Source of the DNA: Glaucostegus cemiculus
Taxonomy: Eukaryota
Direction of reading: 5' to 3'
DNA length: 64,000 bases
NCBI GenBank assembly: GCA_976551045.1
Contig: CDPCPM010000073.1
Coordinates: 16,244,001 to 16,308,000, forward strand
This document shows, one piece after another, positions 41,301 to 53,300 of the stretch. The position numbers and the translations under genes are program-made. The notes beneath the pieces were generated by a model. The model had not been told where the DNA came from and made no database searches. It worked only from the letters and a program-made list of their open reading frames with translations. Positions within the stretch are counted from its first letter, which is position 1. Each line of letters begins with the position of its first letter.

Positions 41301-44300
41301 AAAATTTATCGATGTATCCTTTGGAATACAAAAGGGTATTTTATTGAGGTTCCATGATTTTTGGAAGGGATTGATTGTGTGGAGAGAAAGAAACTTTTGT
41401 CTGCTGGTAAGGGAATCTATGACAAGGTGAAGCAACTTTGACATCAGAGCTAACTGATAATATCAACAGATCTCTTGTGAAGTTATAAGATCCAGCTCAA
41501 TTTACGTTATGGAAGGAGCTGCTCAAAAGTCAGTGAGCTAAATATTGAAGCACTTCCCGACTGAGAAATGTGAGGCAATCATAAAATGTGGCAGGTATTT
41601 ACTTTATTATTAAATTATTGAACAAGGAAATATGACATGCGCCAGATGGAATAGTATCACATTATCAACACCTGTATGGCACTGTTCATGGCAAGTCAAA
41701 GGATACCCTGTTTTATAAAGGCAGAACTTTATATTGGGTAAATAGTCTGCTGCTCAGTGTCCCTTTAACAAGGTTGAATTGCTATAAATGGGGTCAGTTA
41801 GAAGATATTGTTTCACTGCAGAATGGCAGGTGGTTGGAAATTCCTGGCTCTACACCAAGACCAGAAAAAAAATGAATGTTTTTCCTCGTCCTATTTTACA
41901 ACAGGCACAAAAATGGAACAAAATGGTAGAAGAGGTCTAATGGCCTTGGGTCCTGATGGCATATTTTAATCTCACGCAGCAGTTCAAAACTACACTCCCC
42001 AGGACAGGGGTTAGGGTTGGGTGATGAAAGAAAGACAGTTGAGGGTTGGAGAATGATGATCAGGGCCTTGGATCTGGGATAGGATTGTTTAAGAGTTCGG
42101 AGCCCTTCAAGGGTTGGTCAAGGTTATGCAAGAGGCATAATCAGGTAGGTTTGGGGCCAGCAGTCAAGAAGAGTCTAGAAGGATTGGATCCCAAGGTCAA
42201 GGGATGAGTCTGGAAGGATTGGGGTTCATGCCAAGGTGAGAGTCTCAAATAATTGGGGTCTGTGGTTTGAGCCAATGATTGCCTAAATGGCTGGGGTGAG
42301 GTGTTGTGAATTGGTGATCTGGGCCTCAGTAGGGGGTCCCAAACAGCTGCGGAAATCAGGAGAATACAGGGACCCTCGGAGGAATTGGGAGGGGGCTGGG
42401 CCTTGGTTGATGGATGGGGCAAAAAGATCAGAGGGTTTAGCTATGGGGTCCCAAACCCATGCTGCCCCAAACCAATGCTGCATTACTAAAACATGGTTGT
42501 GTCAGCAATAGGTGGTGTCCAACAAGGCTCTTTTCCAAAATAATTTTACCTAATTTTTCCCACATGTAGAATTAGTCAGGTCAGATTGACTCTCACCCTG
42601 AAGTTGCCCATCCAATTTCCAGAGTGACGTGTAAAAACCCTGGCCTAGTCATTACGACATTTCACTTTAGAACAAATCAGAGTGAAAAAACAGTGATGAT
42701 CACCCATTTTCAAATCACAAAATGCTTACAAAATTGAAGAAACCATTAAGAAATACTACTATAAATAACCTTTTTGGATTTTGTGTCTCATGTGGGGTAA
42801 TGATTATACCTTTGATTCTCCTGTTCACACAGAATCTTAGGACATCTGAATGACCTAACCTACCTTGAATATCCCTGATATTAGCCTTTTCTGATTTTCT
42901 CTGTTCTGGCCCCTGCTGGTCAATCTTCAGTTTGAGTCGCTCAATCTCTTTCTTGAGATCAGCTATGATGTTGGTGTACTGAGTAATGTGGTATGAGATA
43001 TTCAGCAGATTTTGTTTCACCTGAAGTGCAATAATTCTGCAATTAGAAACATGCAAAATAAAGGAAACACAGCCGGAAATAAGCTGAGACAATGTGGGCT
43101 GATTGACATCTGCAAGGGAAATTGCATTAGCTGGAACCTGGAGTACATTGTGCCAGAACAATGTGTACCAGCTAACATGAAGAAATGACAATGATGCTAT
43201 CTGCTGATTTGTAGTGCCTATTAGTAATGAACAATTGTCATGTTACCTAATTATTCTTCCTAGATGCTGTTACCATGGCTATGAACTTCCAACATTTTCT
43301 ATTTTCTCAAATTTCTTTTGCCTCCACTAAAATACAAGGTCTGTGCTGTCCAAAATAAACTCAGAACTCACTCCAAAAGCTTGAGAACAAAACCTAGTCT
43401 TACACTTTACTACAGTAGTGGGGGAGTGCGGCATTGTCAAAGATAACATCTTTCGGGTAAGGTGTTAAGTGGAGACCTGACTGCACACTCAGATATTCAT
43501 AGGAGAGCAAGGAAAGTTCTCTCTGGCAGACTCACGAATTATTAACGCTTAGCTAACATTAGTACATCATGTTATTTGGTCATTATCATGACCTATTGTG
43601 GGATCCTGCTCTGCTGAGATAGGTTGTCATGTTTCCCTCAGTTACAACAGTGACAATGCTTCAAAAGTATTCCATTAATGTTGTGTTCTAACTTGAAAAA
43701 AGATCCTACATAAGCACAGACAGGTCTCCATACATTATTAATAAAGAACATGGCTTGTAGAAAAGGTTACAGTTAGGTTTCCATCTTAATTAGAGTGGAT
43801 TATTTTATTGCTTCTCTTAATCTCTCTGAAGAATGATAATCATACAATATCAAATTATGAGTGTGCCGTTTCAGATGTCTGAGGTTGTAACAGAGTTTCT
43901 ACAGTGATGAGATAGGTATCCTGCATTTCTCACTCTCTAGTAGCCTCTATGTATGAGCAATAGGTGCGCTTGGCTGTGAGTCTACTCCAACCAAACAGCC
44001 TCCTGGCACTCACCTGTCACAACAAAAATGGCCCCTTGATTGAAAGTCTGTTTCTGTGTGCCTGTCTGATGAGCCTCTCTCTCAATGCATGGGATATCCT
44101 TGATTTGATCTCTTTAACTTTCATTTTGTGCACTAATCCAATTGTATAACACCACATTCTTTGTCCACTGTGCAATCCAATTTCTTAGCAAGAGACTCCT
44201 AGTAATGGAAAATTAGGTGTGCGGAATCCCACTCTATACCACAAGCACACTCACTCCCATTCCTCTTGTAATGGCCAGATAGAACAACAGCTGTGAGAAC

Positions 44301-47300
44301 ACTATTCTCCACATGCAGTCACCTCTACAGCTAAATCACAGCTAAAAGAGTACGATTTGATTTATCCTTCTTCCCTCGTACCCTGGTTTTAATATTTTTA
44401 GCACGGTCTGCGTATATCAAGGTATTCCTGGACTCCTCAAATGAACTACTGGCAGGGCTGATGTGAGCAATCATGACTGTTCTGCTGTTTCCACCCAATG
44501 AGTCCTGCAATAAAACAAAGAAAATTATTCTTTACTTAAGTGCAATCCATTGATAGTGAACACAAGGATTATGTAAAAAGCCAGAGTTGACATCCAATGC
44601 TAAGTTACAGGAGGTATATTTCATGAGTTACCGTGCCTTGCATGAATAAACAGCTGGACAGTTTGAACAATTGGACAGCAGCTGATCCATCCTTCTTCTA
44701 ATTCGACTTATTATAACTGGATAACCTCAGCTGCAAGAATTATACTTACTTTCACAACTGACCCTGTTTTCTATTGGCAAATTTATTTTGTTCACATGAA
44801 ACTGAAGGGAGGGAGTTGCAGGGAGTCCACAGAAGAACTTGGACAGCTTGGGAGAGTCAGAATCAGATTCGGGTTTATCATTATTGACAAGTGTCGTGAA
44901 ATTTGCTGTTTTGTTGCAGCAGTACAGTGCAAGATATAAAAATTACTATAAACTACACAAATAAATAAATAATGCAAAAGAGGAATAAGGGTCCAAAGAA
45001 GTGGCAGATGGAATACAGCAAAGGGAAGTGTGGAGTTATGCGCTTTGGTAGGAAGAATAAAGGTGTACACTACTTTCTAAATAGGGAGAAAATTCAGAAA
45101 TCAGAGGTGCAAGGGGACTTGGAAGTCCTAGTTCAGGATTCCTTTGAGGTTAATTTGCAGGTTGAGTTGGTAGTAAAGGCGGCACATTCGATGCTAGCAT
45201 TCATTTCGAAAAGACTAGAATAGAATAGGGGCGTCACGGTAGTGTAGCGATTAGGGTGACGCTATTACAGTGCCAGCGATTGGGGTTCAATTCCCATCAC
45301 TGTATGTAAGGAGTTTGTACGTTCTCCTGTGTCTGCATGGGTTTCCTCCGGGTGTTTGGTTAATTTGGTAGGTAGGTTAATTTGGGTTTAAAATGGGCTA
45401 CGTGGACTCGTTGGGCCAGAAGGGCCTATTACCATGCTGTAAATAAATTTAGTTTAATCTAATTTATAAAAGCAAGGATGTACTGTGGAGGCTTTAAAAG
45501 GCATTGTTCAGACCATATTTGGAAATATCGTGAGCAATTTTGAGCCCTGTATCTAACAAAGGATGTGCTGGCCCTGGAGAGTGTCCAGAGGAGGTTCACA
45601 AGAATAATCCCAGGAATTAGCGGCTTACTTAACATATGAAGAGCATTTGATGGCTGTACTCAGTGAAGTTCAGAAGGATAAGGGGTGGGGGGGATCTCAC
45701 TGACACCTACTGGATACTGAAAGGCCTGAATAGTTTGGACATGGAGAGGATGTTTCCATTAGTAGGACAGTCTAGGATCTGAGGCCAAAGCCTCAGAATA
45801 AAGGGATATCCCTTTAAAACTGAGATGAGGAAGAATTTCTTCAGCCAGAGGATGGTGAATCTGAGGAATTCGTTGCCACAGAGGGCTCTGGAGGCCAAAT
45901 TATTGGGTGCATTTAAGGCAGAGATTGATAGGTTCTTGATTGGTAAGGGGGAGGGGGGTTAAGGGTTACGGGGAGAAGGCAAGAGAATGGGGTTAAAAGA
46001 ATCAACCATGATTGAATGGCAGAGAAGACTTGATGGGCCGAATGGTCTTATGGTCCAAAACTAAATGGGAAGGAGGCAATATAATGCTACAGGTAGGATT
46101 GGCCAAAGTTTATGTGAGTATGGATCAAGATAAAATTCCTGGATCAGGGTCACATCATCTAGCGAGAAGTCAGTGTTAAGTTTGTATATACTGCTTGTGA
46201 TTTGAGAGTTGAAAGCTTCTTGGTACCTTTAATAGACGGGTCAGTTTACTGTCCCTGAAGTTGACATATTGGGAACGATTTGCTCCTTTTTCACTCAGTG
46301 CATTGATACAGTTTCCCAGAGCAAGTAGGGATCGATTAATGTGGGCTCCTTCTTTCATCCGTTTGCCAGTGTTCTGAGTCTATTGGGACAAAAATTGATG
46401 AGATATTTCTCCATCTCTCCCCTTTCATTGTTTAGGTGCTAGCCTGCTACATGGAACTCCATCACTACCAGATTAGGAGAAAGCACTCTCATGTTTACTC
46501 ATTACCCTTAATTTGTATCCTCCCTAAAACTGCAACCATTCTGAAGCTCTGTCCCAGTGTAAATTCCACGACACACCCTCAACCAGTTTTACCAACACTA
46601 ATTTGATCACTTCACATTTGAGTCACCATCAACACCCATCAAAACCTTTCGTCTTTCTTTCCATCTTTAAATTTCACCATAGGTTCACTTCATCTTGACT
46701 CCAATGGTTTGGCTGTTGGACAACTGTCCTTAAAATTTGATTTCACTATGAAATTTTACTGTGCTCCTCAAAGTATGTGGTCTCCTTGCTTTCTTTTACT
46801 CATTGTATATTTATCCCTTAAGGCAATGTTTCTATGCGTTTCAAGAATGCCAAAAATATAGAAGAGGGAGGAATGCCAGAAAGTCATTAATTAGGAATGC
46901 CACAAAGTCATTAATTATTAATCAAGTAGAATGGGAGGAAGGAAGAAAGATACTCTAGGAAATAAAGCTGGAATCCTCCTTTTTGGCAAGCAAAGTTATC
47001 CACATTTTAGGCCAGTGTCTTGCTATGCCTAATTAATGAATCCATCATTTACGTGATAACCTCAGATGTTTGATATGTCACTCATCCCTCCACATCCTTG
47101 TTTCCCTGTGGTCATTGATATCAGAATGCTAAATGCATGGGTAGCCTTCCTACCTCTTGGTCTCCACCAACATCTAATCAAATCATTCAGGAGGAGCAGA
47201 GATCAAAGGTCAGAATGAATAGAGGGCAATTATCTTTCTCCGAAAAATAATGCAATAGATACTGGGATCTTGGTGTAGATCAAATCTCTCTTATTTCCAT

Positions 47301-50300
47301 CTCCCCACTCCAACAATAACAACAATACTTTCCACCAGACCTCTCCCCCATACAGGTGGACAAAATGACTGAAAGTAAGGGTCAAATAGACAATGACAAA
47401 CATAATAGGACACATATTGGTTTTTTTAGTGTCTTGAAGTGTCTGAACATTTCCAAATGATTTACACAACAGCAATTCAACTTTAAAATATATCAAAAAC
47501 AAACTGAGGTAACCAAAGAAGTTGTAAGCTGAGTCGTGATTACCTGAGATGCTCTCTCAGACCCAGCAAGATCAATCAAAAAAAGACGGCCAATTCGGAC
47601 TTCCTCTGTAATGTCTTTTACTCGACTCCTCTGCTTGACAGTAACCTGCAGCACTGCATGGGAACGGGATGAGGTTTTGTTGGCTGCTGTTGGCTCTTGT
47701 GTCCGTTGTCTGTTTCCCTTTGTCAACAACTGCATGATCTGAGAATTATGTAAATAAAAGGTCACTTATAATGCGATCTAAATTTACTGAATGGCTTGAA
47801 GGAAAATTTTTGCTGCCGCTGCCCAGGTAATAAACCAGCTGCAAGAATCAACAGGCTAACACCGAAGACACATGTTGATTTCAACAGCAAACTGTTCTAT
47901 AATGAGTGGGCAATGCATTTTGGTAGCTTACCACCATGGGCAAGGAAGGTGAAACTTACTCTATGTGTTTCAAAGCAAAAAGCATTTGACTAGCCAAGTT
48001 CATGGCCGAGAATCTCATTGGATCAGAGCTAACATGTGAGGATAGGCAGCAATACCTCCACATGGTTATTCTCAATACTGATGCAAGACAAGCTTTTCAC
48101 TGTACCTCAGTACAGTGACAATAATAAACCAATACCAATAACAGAAATAGAACAAGTAAGACATGAAACCACTATCACTTGTATTGGCTCAATTCCATGG
48201 GCTCCTGCAGTCCTTCACTTTTTCATCCAAATGTTCACCCTTCCCATCCACAGAGATGGTGCAGAGCAGGTACAAGAGGATGAATGCCTACTCCTGCTCC
48301 AATTTCTTATATTCTTATTTATTGGCATGATGCATGAATATGAGCTCACGCCACCCTTTCCAGTGGGTTTGGGACAGTAACCCTGCACTTCATATTTTCT
48401 TCTCATTTGACAGGGTCAGAGAGTGCAGCAATCCTACAACGAGAAGTGAGACTGCATTTATAAAGCACTTACCACAATTTCAGAATATTACAGTCAATAA
48501 AGTACTTTTCAAGGGTCGTCTTTGTCTTAATAAGGTCCAATGCAGCAGCCAATTTGCAGGAAAAAGCAATGAGAAGACATGGGCAGGTCAACTAATATTG
48601 GGCAGGGCAGCACAACATGGGGAAAGTGGGCAAAGGAATGGCAGATGCAGTTTAACTCAGACAAATGTGAAGTGATGCATTTTGGGAAGTTAAACCAGGA
48701 CTGGACATACACAGTGAATGGCAGGGCCCAGGGAAAGTTATTGAACAGAGAGACCTAGGGGTACAAGTACATAGTTCCCTGAAAGAGGCAACACAAGTAG
48801 ACAGGATGATGAAGAAAGCATGTGGCACGCTTGCCTACATTGGCTGAGGCATTGAGTACAAGAGCTGGGACGCCATGTTACTGTTGTACAAAAATTTTGT
48901 TAGACCACATTTGGAGTATTTTGTGCAGTCCTAGTCGCCACACTACAGGAAGGATGTGATTAAGCCAGAGAGGGTGCAGAAAAAATTCATAAGGATGTTG
49001 CCTAGAATGGAGCACTTGAGTTAAAGGAGAGATTGGATAGGCTGGGACTGTTTTCCCTGGAGCGAAGGAAGCTGAGAGGTGACACGATAGAGGTATGTAG
49101 AGTTATGAGAGGCATACATAGGGTAGATAGCTGGAATCTGTTTCCCATGAGGGCATTTATTTAAGGTGAGAGGGAGGAGATTTAAAGGGTATCTGAGAGG
49201 TAATTGGTTTCTGGAAAGAGCTGCCAGAGGTGGTGGTGGAGGCAGTAACACCATTTAAGAGGCTAATGGACAGGTAGTTGAATGAGCAGGGCATAGAGGG
49301 ATATGGAATTAATACAGGCAAGATGGATTACTGTAGATTGGTATGATCGTTGGCAGAGATGCAATGGGCTGAAGGGCCTTTTTCTATGCTTTTTTATAAG
49401 ATAAGACATCTTTATTAGTCACATGTACATCAAAACACACAGTGAAATGCATCTTTTTGCGTAGAGTGTCTGGGGGCAGCCCATAAGTGTCGCCACACTT
49501 CCGGCACCAACATAGCATGCCCACAACATCCTAACCTATACGTCTTTGGAATGCGGGAGGAAATTGGAGCACCCGGAGGAAACCCACGCAGACACGGGGG
49601 AGAACATACAAACTCCTTACAAACAGCAGCAGGAATTGAACCAGGGTCACTGGTGCTGTAATAGCGTTACACTAACCGCTACACTACTGTACCAGCCCCT
49701 ACACTACCATGCCTGTTACACCTCTATGAGTCTAACACCTCTCCCTTGAATGGAATACTTTCTATGTCCTTCCGACTGGAGCCTTAGTTTGATGTCTCCT
49801 CTGAAAGTTACTGGTTATCTGTTTCCTCTCTTAGCTCAGGGCACTAATTATGGCATTCCTACCAGCACAAGAAAGAATGAGCTAACTCAACATAGGCAGG
49901 GAACAGACCTTGATTTTCTGCTCAGGGCTTAGTAAGTTGTTTTCTCATATGTAATACGCATGGGTAATTTGCCAGTTCTGCCCCTTGCTCTGCTGAACAC
50001 TTCAACCAACAATGATAAAATTCAAGTAATCTGTTGAAACTCTGCAGCACCTTCATTCAGTGCAGCTCCATACTCTCCAGACTAACGAGACACTCGCCGA
50101 CTAGAATATGCAGGTAAGCATGGCCTAATGATTATTGTTTAGTAGTGTATTGCTGGGCACTCAGAGTCACTGACTTAAAATAATTCAAGGACTTTATTCA
50201 GCAGTAAATAATAATCACAGGGCTATTATATGGATGTGCTACTGTCACACTGAATTCAAGGTAGATTCAGCATCTTTTGAAAATGAAGACAATCCACAAT

Positions 50301-53300
50301 GTGAAAGACAAGAATGGTTAAAAAAATCATGTCACAACCTGACAGAAAGCTGCATTGAGGGAATTTTATATTTTGATTAAAGTCAGCAGAGCAAAACATT
50401 GGTGCTTTGAAATAAGCAGTAGATCATTTTATCCTCTGATAAAACACACTAGCAGAGACCAACATGTTCTTTATGTAAGGAAAAGCAACTGTAATGCAAT
50501 GGTTGAAACTGCTCACATAAAATCAAAGGGCCATTCCTATAGAAGGGAAAGGACATGCAATATGGTTTCACTATATACGTCCAACACATAGTTCACAAAG
50601 ATTAGCCATGCTTTCACCGGGTAATCTTGCTGCCCAGTAGCCAGTCCTTGTTTTATCGTGATGGTTAAAATACAGCTGGCACACCATTACCAAATGAAAG
50701 CATCATGACAGCCAGGGTACCAGGCATTGAACCATTTGGTTCAATGTGTTTGTTCATACAGCAGTGCATTAGGAATGTGGTATCAGTGCCAGTACATGCC
50801 AAAATTGACATGTGGCACCCACATAACCTGTTGTGGAGAAGCCACTGGGCCAATGATTGCACCATGGAAAAGCCTGCAGTTCTATCAAAGCTGTCTTTTC
50901 TCTCTGACAACTCGCCTCTGGCATAAAAGAATGGAATGTCTGAATATAGAGTCTCAGAGATCTCCTTTCAGTCAAGGGCAAATGATGATAAACTGCAGAT
51001 ATCTTCAGCTCCAGCCAAACTTACACATATTATTTGCTACAGTAATTTTAGCAGCCACTGACAAGCAGTCCCTGCTCCACTGACTCTTCGGCTGTTGGCA
51101 CATTTCAATAAGGATGTCCTTACTGAAGTGCAGATATCCCATCATTGTTCCTCACTAAGGTTTCGGAAGGAGAGCAACTCCCTGAACGTGCTGGGCAGAC
51201 ATGACCTTCTGCTAAGTACCTTCCATTCATTCCATCCAGCAGCATCCCCCCATGCTCTCTCCCAGTCCTGCTCTATTCCAAGGTGATGTTTTGTGCGGAA
51301 ATATTGAAGTCAGGACAAAGTCCTTCAGCACTTGTCACAGCACTCCCTAAAGATGTTGGCAAATAGAAATGACTATTGAAAATAGCAGATGGATGCAATT
51401 GCACCTACAACCAGAGGATTCAACTAACAACTACACAATAAGTAATTGTAGACGAACAATTTAAATAGCACTGCCTGGGGAACTTCCTGCTGCTTAATAG
51501 ATATTCAACCAGGTCATAAGACAAGCTCCAAAATGGCAGGCTGGCCATAAATCAGAGGTACACTGTAATTAACATTATTTACCTGCTCTCTGCATAGTTC
51601 TGGCAGACATTAGCTGTGTACTCCCTAACACCTGCATCAATATGGCTTCCGGCATGACTTGTGGCAGAAGTATCAACGCAAGCTTCCTAATCAGCATCTG
51701 TGGCACCAATGCCAACGGTGGTAGGTGCTAGGCATATACCATTAATAATGTGAATGTCAGCAATGGCAACCAATGACACAGGCATGGGTTAGATGAGACA
51801 CTAATTTGCTCTGTATTTAAAACCGTGGCATCACACAGGTGCTGCCTAACTTTGAATCAATTGATCAATAAAATGTTTTTACTGGAAAGCCAATTTCAAG
51901 CTTAGCTACATGCTTTTGCTTTCCATTCTGGCTTCTCTAACCCAAAGGCTTGTTGAAGCTGGTGAAAGTCTGCTAAGGTTGGTACTTTTCCGGCTCTGTT
52001 CGTCTTTGTGCCTGTTGCAACTATGACTTTAGAGCCGTACCTCCATTGCATTGCTGGTTGAGAATTCTGTGATTCCAGCTATCTGGATCTCACCCCTGGA
52101 GTCTTCCCTCAAATCCAGAAACCCTGAGGAAGGGTTCAAGAGGTCACGGATCATTTCATTATAAATCTGAAATGAAAAAGAAAATTGGGAAACTGTGTAA
52201 TTCATCAACACCATTACTAATTGCACATTCTTAACCACTTATTATTGTCCTGCTTTGACTTCAACACAGCAGGCATTTTGAGATAAGAGAATGGATTACA
52301 TTTTGAACTTCATTCCAGAGCGACACAGATCCCTTTGGACTGAACTGTAAAAACTGGAAGGTACTAGGTTTGATCCATAATGGGTGCAGTATTAGGTGAT
52401 AGTGGAAGTGTTACCTGAGCTAGGGAAGGTTCAACCAACCAGGGCCACCTCCTGACAGGTATCCAGTAATGCACATCAGCATTAGAAGGAGATGATCTCC
52501 TTCCTTCTCTCCCATACTGAGCAAAATAACTCTCCAAAACTCATGGTCTAATAAAATGTAAATGTAATTTTAAAAACCTATTTAAAATACACCTGCTGAT
52601 TTTGAAATTAAGATGCTTGTAAAGTTAATGAATTCAGCTAACATTAAAAATAAAGTGAACTGAAAACATAAAACCAAAATAACCTGCTCACTAAATCCAA
52701 TCTATAATTAGAAATTACAAGCTCATATTGTGTTAACTTATATTTCCTGGCCAGATTTTATTTCCTTTCACAATTTTACTAATTTTTTTGATGAGCAGAA
52801 CATCTGAGTAGTGGTTTCTTCTTAGGGCTCATTTGGTGATTTGGCAGCAAACTATGCTCGAAATTGCCCTAGTTTTACCAATTTGCAACTCAAGCTCATT
52901 TGCATATCACCTATTCCATGAACCAGTGGTATCAGCTAGCATCTTGGGGAATGCATTATATATTTAAAACATGCTGAGCAATAAACTCAGTGCAAGGTTA
53001 AAGGAATGGTGAATTTTTGGAGTCATGTTCCTCAAGAGTTTATCCTGAGCTTGATCTGTACAAGTAGTATAAAAAAATTTCCATACCATCATGAAAAGAA
53101 ATGTAGGGAAATCTGCCAGAATATTGTTTAATGTTATTCTTGAACCTACATCATCAAATTTATCTGTTCATTTATATATTCAATATTTAATGGACCATAA
53201 TGTATGAGTAGGCTGCAGCACGTACCTACACAATAATAACTGCATCCCAAATTAATTCATTTGTTATAAGGCACTTTAACTTGAAGGGGTGATATGTTGC

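Larger units (their letters stand above)
44810..46055 (+). mobile_element. CR1 LINE, same subfamily as 23270-24255, interrupted by two insertions
   Basis: [31 protein letters not shown]; 3' segment very similar to the 23.3-24.2 kb copy. Confidence 0.9.

Noticed and set aside
42000-42480. G-rich tract with Pro-rich antisense ORFs
   Set aside because: Compositional bias only; no clear repeat unit or coding evidence.
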